Source: Octopus sinensis (taxonomy: Eukaryota). From it: a stretch of 64,000 nucleotides of DNA. Positions 54,101 through 64,000 of this stretch are shown here, in pieces (the first letter of the stretch is position 1; the number at the start of each line of letters is the position of its first letter). The DNA is taken from the NCBI RefSeq assembly GCF_006345805.1, contig NC_043009.1, positions 12,958,001 to 13,022,000 on the forward strand, read 5' to 3'. The position numbers and the translations under genes were made by a program. Under the pieces are notes generated by a model. The model was not told the origin of the DNA. It ran no database searches and saw nothing but the letters and a program-made list of their open reading frames with translations.

Positions 54101-55019
54101 GTTGCAATTAGCGTTCTTTTACTTTCTTTCCTGTTATTATTTTTAGATACTAAGTGCAAAGGTGACTATGATAATGTCTTTGCACTACCTCTTCATAAGA
54201 ACATCCTTATAATCCCACTTTCGTAGTTTGTTGCTTCCTGCATGGAAACATATTCATCAGAAGGTACAAAAAAATGTTTACCAGAGTGCCTGTGATGCCA
54301 TTTGCTCACTATTATAAATGGTAGGTGAAGATATCACGAATACGCCATTGTAACATATTGGGTTTCGTGCGTGCTTATGACAATACCTTTCAGGTTTCAC
54401 ATGAAAATGTTGACATATACCCCAATATACAGAGCTATCTACACACTCTTCTTTCCTGGATATATTCTGTCATAATGAGTACAGAGTATTGGTAGGATTC
54501 TTTTGATGCTTGCAGAGTTTAGTTTCAGCATTAATAGCTTGATTTTGATTCATAGCAAGAAATTTTTTTTTATCTTAAATTCAAATATTTGAGGTATGCA
54601 TGGCTTTCATATTGGTTAACTTAGTTTCTGCAAGATACAAGTTAGTCAGATCCTTTCCTTTCCTGCCTAGTAAATTTTGCGCCTCTTTAATTTCTCTCTT
54701 TTTTCTTTTCGTTTTTTTTTAAAAATGATTTAAGCTTCTTTTCTTTTTTAAGAAGTCGAGTTTTCTCTTTTTTCTATATTTTAGCAATTTGGGTTTTTCT
54801 TTACTTTCTGGTATGTTTCCCTACAAATAAAATATCAGTTGAAGACTAGGAATAATCGCTCGGGCGTTGTACAGAATGATTTGTCTTCCTTCTGAGTCTT
54901 TATGCTTTCAACCTTTCGTGGCTCGATAAAAATCAAGTACAAGTTCAGTAGTAAGGTCGATAGTATTGACTGATACTCCACGCCTCAAAATTGTTGGTTT
55001 TGTTCCTGAATGGGAAAGT

Positions 55020-55051
55020 CGTCATCGTCGTCGTCGTCATCATCATCATCG

Positions 55052-55089
<38 letters not shown>

Positions 55090-55360
55090 TTCTTCTTCTT
55101 CTTCTTCTTCTTCTTCTTCTTCTTCTTCTTCTTCTTCTTCTTCTTCTCCTTCTTCTTCTCCTTCTTCATTTTCGTCTTTTCTTCTTCATCATCATCATCA
55201 TCATCCTCATTATCATCATCATCTTCTTCTTCTTCTTCTTCTTCTTCTTCTTCTTCTTCTTCTTCTTCTCCCCTTCTTTTTCTTCTACTTCTTCGTCTTC
55301 TTCTTCCACCCCTTCATCATCATCATCATCATTATCTTCTTTTTCTTCATCTTCTTCTTG
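55020..55360. repeat. (CAT)n/(CTT)n microsatellite
   Basis: Directly visible. Confidence 0.97.
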
Positions 55361-55364
55361 ATGC

Positions 55365-55700
55365 TCTGTTCCGGAGGATTTACGGCGCGGCACACATGCC
55401 GAATTTCTAGAAATCACCGGCTTGGCACTGATCCCTGTGGCGACATTGTCGGTTGGAGATGAACATGACAGAAACGGAATTACCGTCAGCTGGGGATTAC
55501 AAAATGTGTGGAAACCAAGGTAACTGTTCTGCACACGCTCCTCCAGTGCCCGAGCACCGACGTTATGTCAAAATACTGCTATAACAAGTGAACTCATTGT
55601 GAAGAATCCTTACGACCATTTTTCAACCGGAGAGGACTGGCAGTTTTTATCTCTGTTGTGGCTTTGCGGTGAACGAAATTGAAAGCTGTGAATATGTATA
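55365..55700 (+). pseudogene. Degenerate L1/Tx1-like ORF2 zinc-knuckle fragment
   Basis: MPNF*KSPAWH...; KCVETKVTVLHTLLQCP resembles CCHC C..C...ETVLHAL..CP. Confidence 0.55.
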
Positions 55701-57570
55701 TGTACGTATATTTTTAACCATATAGCAATCACGGTTTTGTTTCAGTCCCTTCATTCTGGTCAACAACTATTTTATGGTCTTTATATCATTTCCCTCTTTG
55801 TAGCAAATATCGATGAACACTACCACTATGTCGCACAATACCAGCCAATAATGTGGTAGCTCATACCCTTTCTCTAGAATTACCTTCTCTTCAAGGCCTG
55901 ACATTTAAATCGTTGTCGCTGTCGATAATCTTCACCAGCAGGTTCGGAGTATTGTTCCACAGTAGCTGTATTAAGCATACGGAGATCTCGTTAACTCACA
56001 CTAGTCTGTTCAATATTCTATTGATATGCTCCCTTAAGGAAACTGTCACAGAAACTCTAATTCTAATTATCACTATTACTCCTATACAAAACTATTATTA
56101 CCACCAATACAACAACAATGCCAGCATCTCATTTAAACTTTTATCACCACCATTAATTTTATAGCTGCAGCTACCGCCAACAACTCAATCATCATCAAAT
56201 CACAACCAACTGAAATCAAGAGACTATTTTTACTTCTGTTTTTTTTTCCCTTTGCTAGTCGCCATGAAATTTCTAAGACTTCATTTTTTGTGGATCAAGT
56301 AGCTTTATTTTTTCTGAGATTACATCCATTCCTGCTGCTTTCAATATTATTCCCTGCACTATAATGACAGTCACTCTTATCTGAAAGTGGTTTTCCTGCT
56401 GTATTTCCAGATTATCAATGAAAAACCTAATAGGTATTTTTAACATTTGTTTTATCAGGGTTTGTATCTAGTAACCTTTGATTTTTTTTTCTCCGATTCA
56501 TCGTGACTGGTGGCCCACTCAAACCAAAGTTTGTCGCAAGTTAACTGACATAGCAGAATTCTCCGTAAAATTTACATCCGGTAGTTAATAACTATTTTCA
56601 TATGTCACTTAGCTGATTGCACATCTATGATGATAACTTAACTACACATATTGAACAAGCCCTTTGCTTCGAGAATCCTGGAGTAATACCACTTCAAATT
56701 ATGTTCATGATAATACCGGTGTACAACGAAATGTTTAGTCATATCGATTTGGGTTTAGATAGATCGCTGACACATGACAAAAACCAGTAGCTAACATTTT
56801 TAATATCTCAAAATAGGCATTCAATATTTCGTATATAAAATTTCACTCAATTTGGTGAGATATAGAGAAAAGGGTTCAGAAGGATTCTTGCTTGAAGAAA
56901 AATGTACATTCAAAATAGTTTTTTTAAATACATTTCAAAACAGCCACCTTCCTCTCGAACAGTGATAGTTATACTCAAATTGCTGGCGGTAGCTTGTTAA
57001 ATCGCAGATGTAAGCGACTTGAACTCAGGAGAAAATTATTTTTATAAAACAGCCATTCTTTCAAGAAATAAAACAACAGGTTATGGACTGGATATTATGC
57101 CTTACCAGTAAGCTAATTAGAATTAGCTATTGATACTACTTAAAATGATGTCTTTGAATATAGACGTAAGAGATTATAGCTGTCCATTCCAGTCGACTTA
57201 GATAGCCAGCAAAGTTCAGTCAAAGAGAACATTGAAAATAAACAATCAAAGAAATCGCGTGACCATCAATTCTAGACATTTATTATACCGTGGTTAATAA
57301 CTGTCATTGTAAAACCTAACTTTCATATAATCTCTAGGCGTTGGGGTGGGTGGGTCGGATTGGTATAGATGCAGCTATAGAGGAGTGAGAGGGAAGAAAG
57401 AGTAAACTTGATAGGTAGTGTTGTGGAGACATGACAAAACTATTTGATCAGTTTTAAAATGTTTGTAAAGAACAATTGTGAAAGAAATCGTTACATTCAT
57501 TCGCGCCGACGCCATCCCTTCAGACACGATTCGATTGATAGATGGTTTCCACTAGAGGTGTGTTCGCATG

Positions 57571-57620
<50 letters not shown>

Positions 57621-58129
57621 TATGTGTGTATGTATGTGTGTGTGTGAGTATGTGTGTGTTTCTCCGTGTTTGTGTTAGTTTTCAATTGCAGTAATGGATA
57701 CTTGATATTTTCTCTTGATTCTCATCCCTTTTATTTGTTGTTCATATTATTGTCAATGATGTTACATCGTTTTAGAACTGAGATCATATTTGGTATTCAA
57801 CACTCTATTAAGTCAATAGATTTAATCTCACCATAAACATTATATTATTTACCATAATATAACTCATGCACTTCATATATCCAAGTTAGCAGAGCTATTT
57901 AGTAATTAAACATTACACCTAATTGCATCTCAAAGATTATAAATACGTTTTGGCGAAACGGGATTCGTGATACAGTTTCAATTTGCGACTGTAGTAAATT
58001 CACTTTACTTACACGAATAAGACCCAAGAGTTCGTTTATATAAAACAATTAACACCCAGGTTTTATGCACTTTGCGTGAGCTAGTATTTTTCTCCATGTT
58101 GACATCACATGATAGTCTAAAATATTTAC

Positions 58130-58210
58130 CTGTAATATGTCCGTATGATTCCTCGCCAGTCTGATTCCTATAAAAACTTGGCCTTAAGACAATTTCAGAA
58201 ATAAAATCTT
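58130..58210 (-). other. Candidate 81-bp symmetric exon of an unidentified gene
   Basis: Acceptor TTTATATCTCATCAG, donor CAG|GTAAAT, open frame EDFISEIVLRPSFYRNQTGEESYGHITG; no recognised homology. Confidence 0.25.
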
Positions 58211-58478
58211 CTGATGAGATATAAATTATTTTTGTACGCTTTGGTTTGAGACTGAGGTGAAGGAGAACTATAACAGACAAATGCAGACTATATAGAGCCT
58301 TTTATTGGTTGAGTTGCTATGGGAGTGATTCAGGAGACTGGGGTGTTTAGTCTAAACAACACCTTGGCATTAAATTCTTTGCTTTTGAGCCACTCTTGTA
58401 GCAGTAACAGCTAAAATAAAATCTATTCACTTATATATTTAGAATAATGGACCATCGCACCAGACAACGACAGAGGCT

Positions 58479-58735
58479 TACGAAGGGAATTCCAGGCGTT
58501 TTGAAACCTTTTCAGGAGAGACATTTGTTAATTTCAAAGAAGTACAAAATTCTAACTTTTTTCAAAGTAGGATAGATCCTCGACTTCAATGCACTTATGA
58601 CATTCCAGCCAATTTGTGAAGGTTCCATAATAGTCCTTAAAAGTGGAGGTGTCCCGGACCCTTGTCACAGCCTCAATGTCTTTAAAATGGCTTGTCATGA
58701 GACTTTCTTTAAGCTAGGGGAATAGCAAAATTCAC
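58479..58735 (-). mobile_element. Mariner 3'-end relic
   Basis: LLFP*LKESL...FKDIEAVT...NWLECHKCIEV...YFE; TIR-like TACGAAGGGAATTCCAGGCGTTTTGAAACC. Confidence 0.65.
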
Positions 58736-58751
58736 GAAGAGCCAAGGTTGG

Positions 58752-58828
<77 letters not shown>

Positions 58829-58947
58829 GAGAGATATTCTAACGATGGTATTTGTGGTGCCCAAATTAGAATTCACTTGTTCGCCAACATTTACCTTTTT
58901 AAACTACATGTATACATACATACGTACATACCACTCTACATACAGAA

Positions 58948-58949
58948 TC

Positions 58950-59020
<71 letters not shown>

Positions 59021-59021
59021 G

Positions 59022-59078
<57 letters not shown>
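58948..59078. repeat. (TATC)n microsatellite
   Basis: Directly visible. Confidence 0.97.
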
Positions 59079-59079
<1 letters not shown>

Positions 59080-59640
59080 GCGCAGACACGCGCTGAGACT
59101 GCGACATCTCTGGCTCTATGTAGACGACGGTGAACAGGTGTGGTCGCCGTTTGTGAGGCACGCTTTCCCGCAGCTCGTCTCCATGACCGAACTGCAGTCG
59201 TGGATCAAAAAGAGGCCGAGGAAGGGCGATTGGCACCGCGAGTGTCGCGTTGCTCTCAAGCAACTCTGCCGTCCCCGGTCGACCTTGAGTGACTTCAACA
59301 CAACCAAAGCATTCTATAGGGGATTAGTGGAGGGGAGGTACGACGACGAGCTCGGGGCGAACCTGGACGTCGACGAGGAGTACCTGACCCGCCTGTTCAG
59401 GACGATTGATCGTTCTTTTTTTTCCTCTTCCCCTTTTCTTTTTATTCTTTTTATTTTATTCATTTTTGTTTTTTTTGTTTTTGTTCTTTTCTTCCCTTTT
59501 ACGATCCCTCTTGATCGAAAACCTACGCCACCCCCTTTTTCTTTCTTTTGTTTTTTGTTCTCTTCATCCCCCAAAATAAAAGCTCTACCTTGTAACTTGT
59601 CCCATCTGTGTGCAGCCCTGTGTGGCCAATAAAGAAACTT
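59079..59640 (+). mobile_element. GC-rich L1/Tx1-like ORF2 fragment plus 3' UTR inside a (TATC)n array
   Basis: Open frame [25 protein letters not shown]...TKAFYRGLVEG...; T-rich UTR; AATAAAGAAAC then TATCTATC. Clade assignment is by resemblance. Confidence 0.6.
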
Positions 59641-59699
59641 ATCTATCTGTTTATTGATATATGCCGAAAATGAAAATAAAGCTTCTTATATTTTCTTTA

Positions 59700-60520
59700 T
59701 ACGAGGGTGTGTTAAAATGTTCATATACTGACCAGGACGGATTGATGCTAGAACTTTGAAATTTTGTTTAGATTACTTTCAAATCATCTTATTAATAACC
59801 ACATTATTTGTTTCTAATTAAGCTGACATCAGACAGCGCAAAGATATCTTCAAATGTAACAACTAGCAACATCTCTAGAAAATGGACAGTATTTGGATCC
59901 TCATGTTATCAAGCATTTGCAGAAAAAGGGCTTAGCTCCCAATGACATTCATGCTGACATGATGGCCACATTAGAGGACGATGCTCCAGCTTTATCAACA
60001 GTTCAAAATTAGGCAGCTGAATTTAGGAGGAGATGGGAAAGTCTTGAAAGTCTTGGATGCCCCGCAACTATTACCAGCGAGGAAAACATTGTCATGTTCA
60101 CCACATGGTTATGAATGACATATGACTGACTATACCTCAAATAGCTAATGCTACTAGCATATCACATGAGAGAATTGAGAATATTCTGCACTATCTACTT
60201 GAGAGAAATGATTACACCACCAGTAGAGAGTATTATGACAATATGCTTGGACAGTTACGAAAGGCTATCATGACCAAAAAACACAGGAAAATTGATGAAA
60301 GGTGTCTTGTTTCATCAAGACAATGCTCCAGCATAGAAGACCTTGGTTTCAATGGCTGCTGCGCGTGACTCTGGCTTTGAACTGGTTGATTACCCTCTCT
60401 ATTCTCTTGATTTAGCTCCATCTGACTAGAATCCGATCACCAACATGGGAAAACATTTAACTGGAAACCAGAATCGCTGTGATGCTGAAGTCATACCTAC
60501 TTACTTTAGAAGACTTGTTT
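59700..60520 (+). pseudogene. Decayed, internally deleted mariner transposase
   Basis: TA-CGAGGG start; VIKHLQKKGLAPNDIHADM...APALSTVQN*AAEF; VLFHQDNAPA; YPLYSLDLAPSD. Confidence 0.8.
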
Positions 60521-61387
60521 GAATAGTCAAGTGTAAACTTACCTGGTAATTTACAATACCAATACAGTTATTAATTAGAATAGTTGAAAGTCAAGTATGC
60601 AAGATTTGACAGCTTTAGCAGCACTCCTTCATAGTCAGCCTAGGAACCATTCTGGCAACCCTCGTATGCGTTAATTTGCAACTTGGATTTTGCTCAAGTC
60701 TTAGAATCAAATTTTAATGCTCGAATTCAATTAGGAATTGTTCTAACATTAGTGATAGGAATTGTACTTTCGAATCTATATCCAATATTAATAATAGGAA
60801 TAAATATTTCGTAAAGCATTTGTGTGTCAAGGAATTTAGGAACGTATCACTGAAATAGAGGTAAATCAAATTCCGAAGCGATAACGTATAACTATATATC
60901 AAACGTGCATATACAAAATGTCATGCGGCAAATAAATATATCAATGTATATAAATTGATATAATTCAGTGCGGCTGGAAAGATTGGTAACAATGTTAGTC
61001 GCCAAACTTTTCACCCTGGCTTTACGGTAATGTTTATATTCCTCATATCATTGACCCTTTGTACGCTCCATCTGCGAACATTATTATTATTACGTAATTC
61101 CGAGCCCCCATAAGCAAGTATCGAACCTGAAATGCCACGCCCTCTCTTAACGTTCTGCATTTTTTGTACTCCATGTTAATTTATTCTGTAAATGTATTAA
61201 TATCAATATGCCTATATACATTATTTTCAGTTTTGCTTCTCTCTGTCTCCTTCTCTCTCTCACTCTTATATTATATATATATATATATATATAATATTAA
61301 TTAGAGACAAAACCACTATTTTGCAAATCAAACAAGGAAAGACTTAATCAATACATAAAAAAATTTTAATATAAAGTAAATAAATCG

Positions 61388-61431
61388 CCACTACAATTGT
61401 TTCCTGTCTTCAAATGACATTCATCAGGTAG
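61388..61431 (-). ncRNA. Minimal type I hammerhead ribozyme, core intact
   Basis: CUAC-CUGAUGA-AUGUC(AUUUGAA)GACAG-GAAA-CAAUUG-UA-GUGG. Confidence 0.8.
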
Positions 61432-61479
61432 ATTTCATATCTTCTATTCAATTTTAAAATTGAATAGAAGATATGAAAT

Positions 61480-61523
61480 CCACCTGATTAATGTCATTTG
61501 AAGACAGGAAACAATTGTAGTGG
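61480..61523 (+). ncRNA. Hammerhead copy with a G8-to-U core mutation, probably inactive
   Basis: CCAC-CUGAUUA-AUGUC...GACAG-GAAACAAUUGUA-GUGG. Confidence 0.7.
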
Positions 61524-61692
61524 CAATTTATTTACTTATATTAAAATTTTTTTATGTATTGATTAAGTCTTTCCTTGTTTGATTTGCAAAATAGTGGTTT
61601 TGTCTCTAATTAATATTATATAATATTTTACTATAAAATTGGATTCAATCCTAAATCTGATTTTTCCCTGTAAATTTGGATTTATTCCCTAA

Positions 61693-61740
<48 letters not shown>

Positions 61741-61750
61741 TATATATATA

Positions 61751-61782
<32 letters not shown>

Positions 61783-62301
61783 TCATATTTATATGTGTAC
61801 ATATACGTATGTATATTTTTTATATCATACACAAGCGTGTTTATATGCATCACTATCTCCATACCAACTGACCTAGGTTTCTCTTGTAGCTACTATCTAT
61901 CCCACGGAATTAGTCCCCAATAAAGATTTCAGTGTGTAATTGCACACCATTTGAGCATCACTACGTGTTTTGTTTTTATATTGAGTATCTCTGGATCTCA
62001 CTTCTTGACGTACACACACACTCTCTCTCTAATGTATGTATGTATGCATTTATGTACGTATGTAGTGATATATATATATATATATATATAGTATATATAT
62101 ATATATACATTCAAAATGTGACCGCGTGTGTACCGTTGGCGATTTCTTTTCCTCTGTCTTCCCTACTCTGGATCTTTCCTTCTCCTATGTTTCCGACGAA
62201 GAGCTCCTTCTTCCTTTCCTTCCTGAGCGTCCAATAATACTATATTTGTCCACGTCCTCGCGTTGTTGTGTTTTCTCTTTGTGTTTTCATGTTTGGATTA
62301 A

Positions 62302-62375
<74 letters not shown>

Positions 62376-62894
62376 CACGTACGTGATCTTTTTATTTTAA
62401 ATTTCTCATATTTTCGCACAAGTCTTTACTGCGTGGTATGAAACAATAATGTTCTTACATTCATCAAAATGAGACTTCGAAGTTTCGTAATTTTATTTTC
62501 AAAATAAACTGTTGCAATGGCCAAATTATCCCGAGCTTTCTGAGACAAGTCGCAAAGGACTTTGATAACATATCTATAACTGATAAAATGCCAGGATTTA
62601 AAGCGCCAAATCGTAATACCATGATATATATTTTTAATATATTTCTGCTATATTTCTACTATAGTAAATGTGTGTTTAATTCATGACTGAAATTTGCTTT
62701 TAGCAACCCTTCTGTGGGGACTGAAAAAATGTATAGTATTATTCTGCTTGTTGCTGCGGTCTTACCTGTTTTGTCCGCGTGGTAGTCCAATGGAATGTAG
62801 AAAGGGGAGAAGGGGAAACAATGAGAGAAACGGAAATAGAGGAAGAAGTGGGGGACAATAATGAGAAAATGCGAGACAGAGAGAAGGTCTATTT

Positions 62895-62903
62895 AATTAT
62901 AAC

Positions 62904-62980
<77 letters not shown>

Positions 62981-63046
62981 CATAATAACAATAATAATAA
63001 TAATAATAATAATAATAGTAATAATAATTATAATAATAATAATAAA
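62895..63046. repeat. (TAA)n microsatellite
   Basis: Directly visible. Confidence 0.97.
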
Positions 63047-63575
63047 TGCCCTGATGCAGTACCAATGCCCTGATGCAGCACCAGACACTGGCTCTCATGG
63101 CATCTGATCTTAAGTGATTGGAAGTGTTATCATGTACATTGTTTTGTCTTGGTATAAAAGATGGGCTACAGCAAATATTCTGTTCAATACTACAGATTTG
63201 CTTGTCTGTTGTTTGACCTTAACCAGTTGAGCATGTCCCTTAGTGGCTGACGATATGTGCATCTCTGATCATGGACAGAATTAGTGGGGGAGCATCATAG
63301 CCGTGTGTTGAAAGGAATTCTTGGAGGTTTGGATAATTCACCTTTGCAAGCCTGGGTGGTATGTTCAAAACCCTTAAGCAATCCTTATTCAAGGACCAGA
63401 AGAAAGTTCTAACTGGGCCCCGCCTGCAAGGACATGTGCTGTTTATCTTGATATGAGAGCACTATGTCGCGCACATATGGTTGTGATGCATGTGCCTGGT
63501 GTACTCTTATCAGATAGGCAGTCATGATGAGTATTCTGGGCTTGGCATGCACTGCTTCCTCTCTCACTCAATGAT
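63047..63575 (+). mobile_element. Family-E element, second copy, within (TAA)n
   Basis: Aligns with the reverse complement of 11918-12456. Confidence 0.85.
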
Positions 63576-63585
63576 AATAATGAAG

Positions 63586-63658
<73 letters not shown>

Positions 63659-63672
63659 GAATATTAATATAT

Positions 63673-63714
<42 letters not shown>

Positions 63715-63762
63715 ATACATACACATATGCATATGTGTGTGTGTGTTTGTGTGTGCGTGAGC

Positions 63763-64000
63763 GCAGGTATGGTCCCTTGGGCAAGTGTCTTCTAGCCCCG
63801 ATTTGGTAGACAGAAACTGAGAAGAGCCCGTTGATATATACATCTACATGCGTGTCCTTGTATTTATGTTTGTCCTCCACTATTGCTTGACAGTCAGTGT
63901 TTTTTTGTTGACATCCATGTCACCTAGCAGTGCGGCAAGAGAAAGCGATAGCATAAGCAGCCGGTTTTAAAAAAAAGTGCTGCTGTTAACTTGTTCGACC
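63763..64000 (+). mobile_element. Diverged family-B SINE, runs off the window end
   Basis: TTGGGCAAGTGTCTTCTAGCCCC...TTTGGTAGACAGAAACTG...TTGCTTGACAG. Confidence 0.75.

Larger units (their letters stand above)
61290..61700 (+). mobile_element. Second palindromic PLE-type element (arms 61290-61621 plus 3' extension)
   Basis: Homologous to 36493-36900; perfect centre ...TTCAATTTT|AAAATTGAA...; (TA)n and (TTA)n flanks. Confidence 0.85.

Noticed and set aside
54100-54600. Possible decayed GIY-YIG (IY...LYIG) and a CTGATGA on the minus strand
   Set aside because: Multiple stops, weak motif, and no GAAA or stems.
63240-63295. CTGACGA...GAATTA in the family-E element (also ~12245-12290)
   Set aside because: No GAAA and the flanks cannot form stem I, so it is not a hammerhead.

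Overview
AT-rich animal genomic DNA, extremely dense in microsatellites and repeats. The tRNA-derived SINE families look like octopus/coleoid cephalopod repeats; this is recognition from memory, not a database result. No host protein-coding gene can be called with confidence. Almost all listed ORFs are microsatellite read-through artefacts, and only two weak minus-strand exon candidates were seen. The recognisable coding remnants are all transposon-derived: a young but frameshifted CR1/L2-group LINE (22.4-25.8 kb), an R4/Dong-like RLE retrotransposon in (TAA)n, a decayed Penelope-like (PLE) reverse transcriptase, RTE- and Tx1/L1-like fragments, and several Tc1/mariner relics. The most interesting signal is invisible in the ORF track: a set of type I hammerhead ribozyme motifs (CUGANGA-stem II-GAAA-palindromic stem III-GUH) of at least three sequence families. 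Most sit in the arms of head-to-head fold-back elements (26.6-26.9, 36.5-36.9 and 61.3-61.7 kb; a weaker case at 4.4-4.9 kb), and one solo GUC motif is at 26.2 kb. Also notable are a SINE and the LINE sharing a 3' hairpin tail, a ~530-bp non-coding element found twice inside (TAA)n arrays, and SINE pile-ups. Coordinates were counted by eye and may be off by a few bases.
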